From an uncultured Verrucomicrobiae bacterium (lineage in GTDB: Bacteria > Verrucomicrobiota > Verrucomicrobiia > Limisphaerales > Palsa-1400), in contig CAVXRD010000004.1 in assembly GCA_963764165.1 (NCBI GenBank), forward strand, positions 640,001-704,000: a stretch of 64,000 bases of DNA, given 5' to 3'. Positions 19,978 through 29,865 of this stretch are shown here, piece after piece (position 1 is the first letter of the stretch; the number at the start of each line of letters is the position of its first letter). Made by a program: the position numbers and the translations under genes. The notes under the pieces are model-generated. The model saw only the letters and a program-made list of their open reading frames with translations, was not told the origin of the DNA and made no database searches.

Positions 19978-20838
19978 ATGAACCGAATCATTTCCGCATT
20001 ATCGCTCAGCGCGCTGGCGTTCTCCGCAAACGCCGCCGACCAACCCTACACGCTCTTCAATCCCGCCCCTGCGGATTCGCTGCGTCCGTTGAACTCCGAC
20101 CAGTACGACAACGTTCTCGACGCGCGCACGCTTGACGCGGGGCACGTCCAAGTGGAGACGAGCCTTGTCAATTATTACCTTTATTCGGAGCACATAGGGT
20201 ATCCCGGCGTGTCTTACAAATTCTCTGAGGAAGAATACCATTGGTCTCCGGCGATTCGTGTCGGCCTCCTGGACAATGTCGAGTTTTATGTGAACCCCAG
20301 CTACACTTCGGAGTCGGAAAATGTCAAAGGATCCTATTCCGCCCCTTATGTCCCCGTCACATTCGACAATACGACGCATCGCAGCTCATTTGGCGCCGTG
20401 AATTTGGAGCCTAAAGTGAATCTATGGGGCAACAATGGCGGAATGACCTCGTTCGCATTGAGCCCGTACCTTGGTGTGCCAACAGGACACGGAGCAGTCA
20501 GAGGTGGCGGAGCGGCAGCGTTCGGTGTCTCGCTTCCGTATGCGTTCTATTTGAAAGTTGAAAGTGAGTTATATGATACCCGCGACCACCGCACCGTTTA
20601 CGGCGGATTCTATAACGCCATCAGCCTCCACAAAAAGCTCTGCTCGAAATCAGATGCGTTTGCGTATCTGGATTCCGCCGCAAGCTCGGACCCGGATTCG
20701 TCGTGGTATGGCTACACTGGATTCGGCGCAACATACAGCATTACCCGGAATCTCCAGCTTTTCGGGGCGATGGGTTTTGGCATTGTCAGCGCAGCCTTCG
20801 ATTACAATCCGCGCTTTGGTGTGGTGGCGCGGTTCTAA
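19978..20838 (+). CDS. Outer-membrane beta-barrel (MetA-pathway/'transporter' family)
   Basis: Signal peptide, TLDAGHVQVE, KVNLWGN, alternating beta pattern and C-terminal F (GVVARF). Confidence 0.7.
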   Translation: MNRIISALSLSALAFSANAADQPYTLFNPAPADSLRPLNSDQYDNVLDARTLDAGHVQVETSLVNYYLYSEHIGYPGVSYKFSEEEYHWSPAIRVGLLDNVEFYVNPSYTSESENVKGSYSAPYVPVTFDNTTHRSSFGAVNLEPKVNLWGNNGGMTSFALSPYLGVPTGHGAVRGGGAAAFGVSLPYAFYLKVESELYDTRDHRTVYGGFYNAISLHKKLCSKSDAFAYLDSAASSDPDSSWYGYTGFGATYSITRNLQLFGAMGFGIVSAAFDYNPRFGVVARF

Positions 20839-21284
20839 TAAGCGTCACTTGCGGTCAAACGTTGGAACATGCAAATCGAGATGGCGTTGAATAATTATAT
20901 AATCTCCAAAAACCCGTTGCGTCGTCGAGTATCAACCAGATAACCCGCTACATTTGGTTCCTCGCTGTTTTCAGTGGAATGAGACAACTCGTTAGCCGTC
21001 GCTGCGGGACAACCCATTTGGAATCCAGGCTCGGCACTGGCTTGGCCAAAGCTCGTTATAGTGTATGATCTCGAAAAAGGGGCAACACCCGCTACACGGT
21101 TGACCATCAACGAGATAAGGGGCAACAAAAATAGCAACAAACCCGCAACAGACCCGCAACATTTCGCCCTTTGGCGCCGTGCCCTTCTGAGAATCCTTGT
21201 CCTGTTCCTCCAAAATTATTTTAATCTGCATCCATCTGTGGCTAAGCCAACCCCGGTTTGTCATTGGCAGAATTTCGATTTACG

Positions 21285-22583
21285 ATGATGCTCAGTGCGG
21301 GCGGAGTCGTGAGCCAGTTTTTTATATATCTTTGCGCGGGCGCCATCGCGGCCAAATGGTTCGCGCAAATGGCGTTGGAATGGTTGAACCAGCGGCATGT
21401 GCGCCGCCATGCGGGCTCCGTGCCGGCGGCTTTCACTTCTGTCATCACTCCCGAAAATTATGCTAAATCGGTCGGCTATACTCTCGCGAAAAGCCGGCTT
21501 GAAATGGTTGAATTGACTTGGGGCTCTGCGGTTTTGGCGGCGGTGCTTTTCAGCGGCATCCTTCCTTGGTCGTATCATTTGGAAAGCCGCCAGCTCGGCC
21601 AATCCATTTGGGCGCGAGCGGTTTTTTTGCTGCTGGCAGGGCTCGCCTTGTCGATTCTTGATTGGCCGCTTGAATGGTATGGGCAATTCCGCTTGGAAGA
21701 GCGATTTGGGTTCAACACGACGACGATGGGAACATGGTGGGCCGATCGCGCCAAGGGATTTGCGCTGGGAATCATCCTCGGCGCGCCGCTGATTGCTTTA
21801 ATTCTGAAACTGGCGGCGTGGCTTGGGGCGGCTTGGTGGGTTTGGGCGTGGGCCGCGCTCGGCATTTTTCAATTGGTGATGATGGTGGTCGCGCCCGTCG
21901 TTATTATGCCGCTCTTCAATAAGTTCACGCCACTGCCCGAGGGCTCTTTGCGTGATCGGCTGCTGGATCTCGGGAGGCGGGCCGGGTTCCGCGCGCGCGA
22001 CATCCAGGTCATGGATGGCAGCAAGCGCTCGCGCCACTCCAACGCGTTTTTTACCGGGCTTGGAAAGTTCCGAAAAATTGTTCTATTTGACACGCTGGCG
22101 CAGCAGTTGGATCCGGCGGAACTCGAATCGGTCCTGGCGCACGAAATCGGGCACTACAAAAATGGACACATCCCAAAATCAATCTTGCTCGCGCTGGCTG
22201 GCTGGCTGGCGGCTTTTTATTTGATTGCGAAACTTGTCCCGACGACGTGGTTTCTGCCGAGCTTCGGCTTCGCCGCCGGTGACATGGCCCCTGCTCTCCT
22301 CATATTTGCAATCCTGTCAGGTGTGGTTCTGTTCTGGACTTCGCCGCTGTTCCACGGCCTGTCAAGAAAGCATGAGTACGAGGCGGACGCTTACGCGGCG
22401 CAATTGGTCAAAAAAATCTCCCCGCTGATCAGCGCACTGCGAAAATTGAATGAGAAGAATCTCAGCAATCTGACACCGCATCCGATTTACAGCGGATTCT
22501 ATTATTCGCATCCCACCCTGCTGGAACGGGAGAGCGCCCTGGCAAAATTGACGATTCAGGGAGGGGGGCTCGACGCGGTGTAA
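21285..22583 (+). CDS. M48 family zinc metallopeptidase (Ste24-like)
   Basis: Multiple TMs, FGFN, PLFNKFTPL, DGSKRS, NAFFTG, HEIGH, EYEAD and YSHP. Start uncertain. Confidence 0.9.
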   Translation: MMLSAGGVVSQFFIYLCAGAIAAKWFAQMALEWLNQRHVRRHAGSVPAAFTSVITPENYAKSVGYTLAKSRLEMVELTWGSAVLAAVLFSGILPWSYHLESRQLGQSIWARAVFLLLAGLALSILDWPLEWYGQFRLEERFGFNTTTMGTWWADRAKGFALGIILGAPLIALILKLAAWLGAAWWVWAWAALGIFQLVMMVVAPVVIMPLFNKFTPLPEGSLRDRLLDLGRRAGFRARDIQVMDGSKRSRHSNAFFTGLGKFRKIVLFDTLAQQLDPAELESVLAHEIGHYKNGHIPKSILLALAGWLAAFYLIAKLVPTTWFLPSFGFAAGDMAPALLIFAILSGVVLFWTSPLFHGLSRKHEYEADAYAAQLVKKISPLISALRKLNEKNLSNLTPHPIYSGFYYSHPTLLERESALAKLTIQGGGLDAV

Positions 22584-22586
22584 ACT

Positions 22587-23810
22587 ATGCCGCCGCGCTC
22601 CAAAAGTCGAAAGTCCGGCAAAAAATCCGGCGGGCGGTTCACCGCGATTCTGTTCTTCGGGCTGCTTGGGCCTGGGTTGGTGGTGTTTGTTTTGTGGCAC
22701 GCCTCGCGGCCCGATGCCGAAGTGCCGCGCAGGTTCATTCCCGCTCCGTTGCCGCACACGTCAGCGCCCGTCGCCGTTATTCCGCCAAAAACAAATCCTC
22801 CGCCAGCCCTCGTGGTTCCTGAGAAAACGAATTCACTGCCGGTGGCAGCCGCGCCGATGCCTCCTCCCGAGATAAAACCGGCCCCGCCGGTCGAAATCCG
22901 TCCAATCCCGAATCCAGCGCCAACCAACATTCCGCCGCCGCCCATCATCACCGTCCCGCGCCCTGTCGAAACCGTCCTTGAGGCGCAAGTCGCACTCGTG
23001 CGGCAAGGGATTTCTCCCGGGTCCATCGACGGCCGGTCCGGATCACAAACAAGCGCCGCCATCCTCGCCTTTCAACAAAAGCTGAAGCTTCCGCAAACGG
23101 GTATTCTTGACAGCGAAACCAGGAATGCGCTCACCATCATGCCGCCGGGAACTATTGCCTACACCGTAACGAGCGATGACTTGAAGCGCCTGCACCCGCT
23201 GCCAAAAACGTGGCTCGATAAATCGGCGCAGACTAACTTGGATTTCGAGAATCTCCTGGAACTGCTCGGCGAAAAGTCCTTTTCCAGCCCCAAGTTCATT
23301 CAGGAAATAAACCCGGGTGTGGATTGGAATAACGTGGCGGCGGGAGACAAAGTCACCATCCCGGACGTCCAATATCCCGCCCTGCCTGCCAATCCCGCTT
23401 TCATCAGAATTTCCCTGCAACGGTGCGTCCTGGAAGTATTCGACGGGCAGACCAATTTGCTTCTCCATTTTCCGTGCAGCATCGGGCATATCGCGTCCAA
23501 GCGCCCGTCGGGGCAGTTGAAGGTAATGACGGTGGCGACCGATCCCAACTACACGTTTGATCCCTCAGTTTTTCCCGAATCGCCGGAAGCACAGAATGTG
23601 GGCCACAAGCTGATTCTGCCGCCGGGGCCGAACAATCCCGTCGGCGTGGCCTGGATTGGCTTGGACAGATCTGGCTACGGCATCCATGGCACACCCGCGC
23701 CGGAGCAAGTGGGCCGGACGGAATCGCACGGCTGCTTCAGGCTGGCCAACTGGAATGCCGCCTTCCTCGCCCGGCAAGTGTGGGTGGGAATGGACGTTAT
23801 CGTTGAATGA
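22587..23810 (+). CDS. L,D-transpeptidase with Pro-rich linker and peptidoglycan-binding domain
   Basis: TM anchor, PGSIDG..G..T..AI.AFQ, PGPNNPVG, YGIHGT and SHGCFRL. Confidence 0.9.
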   Translation: MPPRSKSRKSGKKSGGRFTAILFFGLLGPGLVVFVLWHASRPDAEVPRRFIPAPLPHTSAPVAVIPPKTNPPPALVVPEKTNSLPVAAAPMPPPEIKPAPPVEIRPIPNPAPTNIPPPPIITVPRPVETVLEAQVALVRQGISPGSIDGRSGSQTSAAILAFQQKLKLPQTGILDSETRNALTIMPPGTIAYTVTSDDLKRLHPLPKTWLDKSAQTNLDFENLLELLGEKSFSSPKFIQEINPGVDWNNVAAGDKVTIPDVQYPALPANPAFIRISLQRCVLEVFDGQTNLLLHFPCSIGHIASKRPSGQLKVMTVATDPNYTFDPSVFPESPEAQNVGHKLILPPGPNNPVGVAWIGLDRSGYGIHGTPAPEQVGRTESHGCFRLANWNAAFLARQVWVGMDVIVE

Positions 23811-23858
23811 ATTGTCATTTGAATCTCACCTCCCGCCAATTAGATTGACTACGAGATT

Positions 23859-25256
23859 ATGTCTTTGCCGCGCTTAACCAAAATCATCCGGGTCCTATTA
23901 CTCCCAATATTCCCACTACTCCTATCCATGTTCGTCTTCGCTTCAGCAAAAGCCGCCGATGTTCCGTCGCAATTGCTGGCCGAAATGACCAATTCGGATT
24001 TTGCCTACAACCGGCTCGCCGCGCTATGCGACAAATTCGGCCCGCGTTTCAGCGGCTCGACAAATTTGGAAGCAGCGCTCGATTGGATTATCACGCAGAT
24101 GAACGAAGACGGTTTGGAAAACGTCCACGGCGAAAAAGTGATGGTGCCGCATTGGGTGCGCGGAGTGGAATCGGCTGAATTGCTGGAGCCGCGCGCTCGG
24201 AAACTGCCCATGCTGGGTCTGGGCGGAAGCATCGCCACTCCGCCCGAGGGAATTACGGCTGAGGTATTCGTCGTCAAGGATTTCGCGGATCTTTCCAATC
24301 ATGTGGCGGAAGCAAAAAACAAAATTGTCCTTTTCAATCTGCCTTTCACGACTTACGGCGGGACGGTCAAGATTCGCGTTCGCGGCGCAGTGGAAGCCGC
24401 CAAAGCCGGGGCCGTGGCGAGCTTGATTCGTTCAGTCACGCCGTATTCGCAACAAACACCGCACACCGGGATGATGATGTACGAGGATGGCGTTCCCAAA
24501 ATTCCTCACGCCGCCATCACGGTCGAAGACGCGGAAATGATGCAGCGCATGCAGGATCGCGGGGATAAGATCGTCGTTCGCCTCAAGATGAGCGCAAAGC
24601 AGCTTCCTGATTCGCCATCCCGCAATGTCGTGGCGGAAGTTCGCGGCAGCGAGAAGCCGGAGGAAATTGTTGTTGTCAGCGGGCACATCGATTCGTGGGA
24701 TGTTGGCCAGGGGGCGATGGACGACGGCGGCGGCGCGATGGTGGCGTGGGAGGCCGCGCGTGTCATGCATAAACTTGGCCTCCGGCCGCGGCGGACCGTT
24801 CGCGTTGTGCTTTGGACGAACGAGGAAAACGGCGTTCGCGGCGGCATTGGTTACGAGGAACAGCATCATCACGAGATGAACAAACATGTTGCGGCTATGG
24901 AGTCGGACATCGGCACCTTCAAGCCGACGGGATTTTCGTTCGTGGGCGGCGATGCGGCGCGCAAGATGATTCGCGAATTCTCCAAACCGCTCGCCAGCAT
25001 TGGAGCGGGCGAAGTGTTTGACAAAGGCGGCGACACTGATATTGGCGAAATGGAAAAGGACGGCGTGCCATTGCTCGCCCTGCTCGACGACGAGACGAAA
25101 TACTTTTGGTACCATCACACAGAGGCGGATACGATTGATAAATTGAATCCGCGCGAGGTCGCCGCCTGCGCTTCTGCCATGGCGGTGATGGCGTGGCAAG
25201 TGGCTGATTCCCCCACTCCCCTCCCGCGCGGGGTTGTGCGAAATTCTGACAAATGA
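23859..25256 (+). CDS. M28 family peptidase (carboxypeptidase Q-like)
   Basis: GPRFSGS, PHWVRG, PHTG, GHIDSWDVGQGAMDDG, NEENG, ESD and YHHTEAD. Confidence 0.9.
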   Translation: MSLPRLTKIIRVLLLPIFPLLLSMFVFASAKAADVPSQLLAEMTNSDFAYNRLAALCDKFGPRFSGSTNLEAALDWIITQMNEDGLENVHGEKVMVPHWVRGVESAELLEPRARKLPMLGLGGSIATPPEGITAEVFVVKDFADLSNHVAEAKNKIVLFNLPFTTYGGTVKIRVRGAVEAAKAGAVASLIRSVTPYSQQTPHTGMMMYEDGVPKIPHAAITVEDAEMMQRMQDRGDKIVVRLKMSAKQLPDSPSRNVVAEVRGSEKPEEIVVVSGHIDSWDVGQGAMDDGGGAMVAWEAARVMHKLGLRPRRTVRVVLWTNEENGVRGGIGYEEQHHHEMNKHVAAMESDIGTFKPTGFSFVGGDAARKMIREFSKPLASIGAGEVFDKGGDTDIGEMEKDGVPLLALLDDETKYFWYHHTEADTIDKLNPREVAACASAMAVMAWQVADSPTPLPRGVVRNSDK

Positions 25257-25262
25257 AATGTC

Positions 25263-26996
25263 ATGAAACGCGAATCATCGCTGGCCGGCATTCTTGAGCC
25301 GGTCTTCGCGATCCGGACGGAAGACGACCTTGGCATTGGGGACACCGAGGGCGTCCGCCAGATGGTTGACTGGTGCGCGCGCCATGGGCTGAACATTTTC
25401 CAGACGCTGCCCATCAACGAAACGGGCGGCGACAACAGCCCCTACAACGCCATCAGTTCGCTTGCCATTGATCCAGGCACCATCGCGATTTCGCCGAAGC
25501 ACATTCCGGACTTGTCACCGGCCAAATTCAAGTCGCTGGCTCCAGCAAGTTTGCTGGCCGAACTCCGCAAAGGGCCGGTCAATTACACGAAATGCAGGCC
25601 GCTCAAGCGAGCGCTGCTGGACGCGGCGTTTGATTATTTTTTGCGCAATCATTGGGAAAAGCAAACGGCGCGCGGCGGCCAGTTCAGGGCGTTTCTCCGT
25701 GAAAATGCGGATTGGATTTCCGACTACGCCGTCTTCCGCTTGCTCATGGAGGAGAACGGGGAAACGCCGTTTTGGGAAACTTGGAGCGTTGAGCATCGGA
25801 CGCCGCCGCTGGCCCACACATGGCTGCTTTCGCTTCCCGAAAAGCGGCAGGCGGAATTGGTGCGGCGGCAGCTCTTCTTTTGTTACGTCCAGTGGATCGC
25901 TTCCGCCCAATGGCGCGCGCTTAAGAGTTACGCTCAAAAACAGCGTGTTCAGCTCTTCGGCGACATTCCCTTCGGCGTCGGCCGCGGCAGTGCGGACGCC
26001 TGGGCCAACCGCGACGTCTTTGATCTCGATTGGTGCGGAGGCGCGCCTCCTGAAAAGGCGTTCAAGGACGATCCTTTCACAGTGAAATGGGGCCAGAATT
26101 GGGGCATCCCGAATTATCGCTGGGATGACGCCCGAGGACGGACCTTTGAATGGTGGCGAACGCGGATCGAGCACATACGGCGCAATTTTCATCTTTACAG
26201 GATTGACCACGTCCTCGGCTTTTTCCGAATCTATTCTTTCCCATGGACTCCCGATCGCAACTCCGAATTTCTGCCATTGTCAAAGAAACAGGCTGCTGCA
26301 AAAACCGGCGGACGGCTCCCGGGCTTCTCGAAATTTGCCGATGATTCTCCGGCGCATAAGAAAGCCAACCAGCAGCAAGGCGAACGAATCCTCCGGTTCG
26401 TCCTGGAGGCTTCCGGGGATACGGGCGTCATCGCCGAGGACTTGGGAATGGTGCCCGACTATGTGCCGGTGACTCTTGAAAAACTCGGCATCCCCGGCTT
26501 TCGCATTCCGAATTTTGTCCGCGAGCGCGACGGAAGCTACACGGATCCCGCGAAATACACACGACTGTCCCTGGCGCAACCCGCCACTCACGATCACCCG
26601 ACGATCGCGGCCATTTGGTCCGATCATTGGAGCGCCATCGACGCCGGAAAAAATGTGGCGGAGCACAAGCGCGAACTTCAGCGCTTTATGGATTTCGCTG
26701 GTGTGAAGGACAAGACGCCCCCGCGCGAATTCACGGATGCTCTGCGCGAAGGGTATTTGCGCCGAACAGCCCAGGCAAAATCGAAGATGGCCGTGGTCAT
26801 GATCACCGACATTTTCGGCGGGACTGAACGCTTCAATGTGCCTGGAGCGGTGAGCAATCAAAATTGGTCCACCCGCGTGCCTCAAACCGTAAATGAATTA
26901 GACGCCGACCCGGCGCTGTTATCCAAGACGGAATCGTTCAGCAGAATCATGCAGGAAGCCGGGCGCGGGCAGTTCTTGGCAGGCAAACCCCGGTAG
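25263..26996 (+). CDS. malQ: 4-alpha-glucanotransferase (GH77)
   Basis: QTLPINET, SPYNAISS, GDIPFGV, GQNWGIP, RIDHVLG, AEDLG, THDH and NVPG. Confidence 0.92.
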   Translation: MKRESSLAGILEPVFAIRTEDDLGIGDTEGVRQMVDWCARHGLNIFQTLPINETGGDNSPYNAISSLAIDPGTIAISPKHIPDLSPAKFKSLAPASLLAELRKGPVNYTKCRPLKRALLDAAFDYFLRNHWEKQTARGGQFRAFLRENADWISDYAVFRLLMEENGETPFWETWSVEHRTPPLAHTWLLSLPEKRQAELVRRQLFFCYVQWIASAQWRALKSYAQKQRVQLFGDIPFGVGRGSADAWANRDVFDLDWCGGAPPEKAFKDDPFTVKWGQNWGIPNYRWDDARGRTFEWWRTRIEHIRRNFHLYRIDHVLGFFRIYSFPWTPDRNSEFLPLSKKQAAAKTGGRLPGFSKFADDSPAHKKANQQQGERILRFVLEASGDTGVIAEDLGMVPDYVPVTLEKLGIPGFRIPNFVRERDGSYTDPAKYTRLSLAQPATHDHPTIAAIWSDHWSAIDAGKNVAEHKRELQRFMDFAGVKDKTPPREFTDALREGYLRRTAQAKSKMAVVMITDIFGGTERFNVPGAVSNQNWSTRVPQTVNELDADPALLSKTESFSRIMQEAGRGQFLAGKPR

Positions 26997-27073
26997 GTCG
27001 ATTCTTCTGCCGGACCGCTCCCTTTTTGGAGGATGCCGCAGCATAAGCCTCGCCCTGCCGAGTTTAGCTCTTT

Positions 27074-27263
27074 GCCGGAACGATGCAGTTGAATTTGGTC
27101 GCGCGACCTTCCCGGTCGCCCTGGCCGGCGTTCCGCCCGACAGTTCTGCAGAATTTGGCGGTTACCATTCGCTGAAACGCCGCTGCAGGAAGAGTTTTCG
27201 GCGGGACGCCGAAGACGGCGGTCGAGACGACCGCGCTCCCCAAATCCAGCGACATGGTTCGGC
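27074..27263. mobile_element. Uninterrupted MITE/REPIN-like element (same family as 2482-3450)
   Basis: GCCGGAACGATGCAGTTGAATTTGG ... CCAAATCCAGCGACATGGTTCGGC termini, with inverted REP arms at 27101-27140 and 27197-27240. Confidence 0.8.
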
Positions 27264-27320
27264 TTGGTGAACGACTCTGGAATTGAAAGAGTGACTGGCA
27301 ATCCATAGACTGAGGATCGC

Positions 27321-29858
27321 ATGTCGCCGCAGAATGAGCGCCGCCCAAAAGAAACGAACGAACCCTCTGCGCGTCCCCCCACTCAATCCGCCGGCAATCG
27401 CAACCCTGCCCCTGCGCCCCGTTCCCTCGGTGGAGAGTGGGCGGATTGGAAGTGGGCGGTTCTGCTGTTGGCTGCGACGCTGATTGCCTATCAACCGATC
27501 TGGCACGCCGGTTTCATTTGGGACGACGATTCGCATGTCACGCCGCCTGAATTGCGCTCGCTGAGAGGGCTTCTCCGGATTTGGACGCAACTCGGCGCAA
27601 CCCAGCAATATTACCCTTTTGTTTACAGCGTCTTTTGGCTGGAGAACAAACTTTGGGGCGATGCGCCGCTGGGTTACCACCTTGTTAACGTCGTGCTTCA
27701 TGTTTGCTCGGCTCTGCTGGTCGTCCGAATTTTCCGTCAATTAAAAATTTCAGGAGGCTGGTTCGCGGCGGCGCTGTTCGCGCTTTATCCAATTGAAGTG
27801 GAATCCGTGGCGTGGGTTTCGGAACTGAAAAACACTTTATCCGGCGTCTTTTATTTGGGCGCGATGCTGGTCTTGCTAAAATTTGATCAAACTCGCGATG
27901 CGCGAAAATATGCGATTGCGCTGGCGTTGTTTGTCCTGGGGCTGCTTTCCAAAACCGTCATCGCCACCCTGCCCGGAGCATGGCTGGTCTTAATATGGTG
28001 GCAGCGCGGGAGGATTTCGTGGAAACGAGACGTGCCGGCCGTTTTGCCGTTCGTTGGCGCTGGTTTGGCTGCGGGGCTTGTGACTTCATTCATTGAGCGA
28101 AAGCTCCTCCACGCGGAGGGTTCTGAATTCCATTTCACTTTCATCGAACGCTGCCTGATTGCCGGTCGCGATATATGGTTTTACCTTGGCAAATTCGTCT
28201 GGCCCGTGAATCTGGCTTTCTTTTATCCGCGCTGGAACGTCAGCCAGGCTGTTTGGTGGCAGTATTTGTTCCCGATGGCGGCGGCGCTTCTGGCGGGTTT
28301 GCTTGTCTGGAAGCGCCAGCGCGGATTGCTGGCCGCGTTTCTCTTCTTCGCGGGCACGCTCTTTCCGGCGCTGGGATTTTTCAATGTCTTTCCGTTTCGT
28401 TATTCGCTTGTTGCGGACCATTTTCAATATCTGGCCATTCTTGGCCCCATCACGCTGGTGGCGGTTGCTTTTTCGGCAGCGAGCAAGCGGTTGTTGTCCG
28501 CCGCCCCGGTGCTTCCATTCGCCGCCGGATCAGTTGCGCTGGCAATCTTGGGAACGTTAACATGGCGGCAATGCCAGACTTACACCGACCCGGATGCGCT
28601 GTGGGATCATACATATCGTCTAAATCCAGATTGCTGGATGGCCCACAATTATTCCGGCTGCAAATTGCTCGATAAGGGCAAACTCGACGAAGCCATCTCG
28701 GAATTCAACATCGCGCTGGCCGCGAATCCGTTCGACGTCACCACGCGCGACAATCTCGGCATCGCCTTGCTGCAAAAGGGGAATGTCGCGGAGGCAAACG
28801 CGCAATTCCAACAGTCCCTGCAAACGGATCCCGATTCGCCCGAAACCTTCAACGATCTCTCCGCCGCATTGCGCCAGCAAGGCCGCCTCGATGAAGCGAT
28901 CGCCTACGGCCAGAAGGCGGTGGCCGCGCGGCCGATTTTCACGAGCGCGCATTACAACCTGGGATTGGCCCTGGCCGACAAAGGCGACACCGAGGGCGCC
29001 ATCGCGCAATACGAAGCGGCAGTCCAAATCCACCCCGAATTCGCGAACGCGCAAAACAATCTCGGTGGTCTCCTGTTGAAAACTGGCAAAGCCGGCGAAG
29101 CCATCCCGCATTTGCAAGAGGCGACTCGAATCAATCCGGGGCTTTCCCAAGCCCAAGTCAATCTCGGGCTCGCCTATCTGAATCAGGGCCAGATCAACGA
29201 CGCGCAAATTCACTTTGAACTCGCGCTCAAGCAAAAGCCCGACGATGCCGACGCATATTTCAACCTCGGCAACATTCTCGCTCAGCGCGGAGATTTCCCT
29301 GGCGCGATCACGCGGTTTCAGAAAACGCTCGAGATCAATTCCAATTACACAGATGCCTTCATTAACCTCGGCAACGTCTTCCTGAAAACCAGCAAAGTGG
29401 ACGAAGCGATCGCGCAGTTTCAACGCGCGCTTCTCATTTCGCCGGACAACGCGCAGGCGCACAACAACCTCGCCAACGCCGCCGCAAAAAAAGGAATGTT
29501 CCAAACAGCGATTGAACACTACGAATCCGCTTTGCGCCTGCAGCCTGCCGACGCTTCATTTCAAAACAATGAAGCATGGCTGCTCGCCACATGTCCCGAC
29601 GACAGGATTCGCAATTGCGCAAAAGCAGTCGAAATCGCGTCGAAGGCCAGCGCCTCGACGCAAGGCGCCAATCCGCTGGTCCTTCACACGCTGGCAGCCG
29701 CCCTTGCGGAATCTGGGAGGTTCTCGGACGCCATCCAAGTTGCCCAACGCGCCCGCCAAGTGGCCGCGCAATCCAATCCCGGCCTCGTTGCAGCACTGCA
29801 ATCAGAATTGAAGCTTTATCAGGCTGGGCAGCCGTTCCATACCACTGTTCCGCATTAA
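27321..29858 (+). CDS. TMTC-like GT-C membrane glycosyltransferase with C-terminal TPR array
   Basis: FIWDD in the first loop, YHLVNVVLH, ESVAWVSE and ADHFQY. About 10 TMs followed by many TPRs (AHYNLG, AQNNLG, AYFNLG). Confidence 0.75.
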   Translation: MSPQNERRPKETNEPSARPPTQSAGNRNPAPAPRSLGGEWADWKWAVLLLAATLIAYQPIWHAGFIWDDDSHVTPPELRSLRGLLRIWTQLGATQQYYPFVYSVFWLENKLWGDAPLGYHLVNVVLHVCSALLVVRIFRQLKISGGWFAAALFALYPIEVESVAWVSELKNTLSGVFYLGAMLVLLKFDQTRDARKYAIALALFVLGLLSKTVIATLPGAWLVLIWWQRGRISWKRDVPAVLPFVGAGLAAGLVTSFIERKLLHAEGSEFHFTFIERCLIAGRDIWFYLGKFVWPVNLAFFYPRWNVSQAVWWQYLFPMAAALLAGLLVWKRQRGLLAAFLFFAGTLFPALGFFNVFPFRYSLVADHFQYLAILGPITLVAVAFSAASKRLLSAAPVLPFAAGSVALAILGTLTWRQCQTYTDPDALWDHTYRLNPDCWMAHNYSGCKLLDKGKLDEAISEFNIALAANPFDVTTRDNLGIALLQKGNVAEANAQFQQSLQTDPDSPETFNDLSAALRQQGRLDEAIAYGQKAVAARPIFTSAHYNLGLALADKGDTEGAIAQYEAAVQIHPEFANAQNNLGGLLLKTGKAGEAIPHLQEATRINPGLSQAQVNLGLAYLNQGQINDAQIHFELALKQKPDDADAYFNLGNILAQRGDFPGAITRFQKTLEINSNYTDAFINLGNVFLKTSKVDEAIAQFQRALLISPDNAQAHNNLANAAAKKGMFQTAIEHYESALRLQPADASFQNNEAWLLATCPDDRIRNCAKAVEIASKASASTQGANPLVLHTLAAALAESGRFSDAIQVAQRARQVAAQSNPGLVAALQSELKLYQAGQPFHTTVPH

Positions 29859-29865
29859 GAAAGGC

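Noticed and set aside
20880..21280. AT-richer intergenic stretch with GTTAG/GTTAT words and short ORFs, as possible attC cassettes
   Set aside because: No proper RYYYAAC...GTTRRRY pairing with L boxes. The ORFs lack recognisable features.
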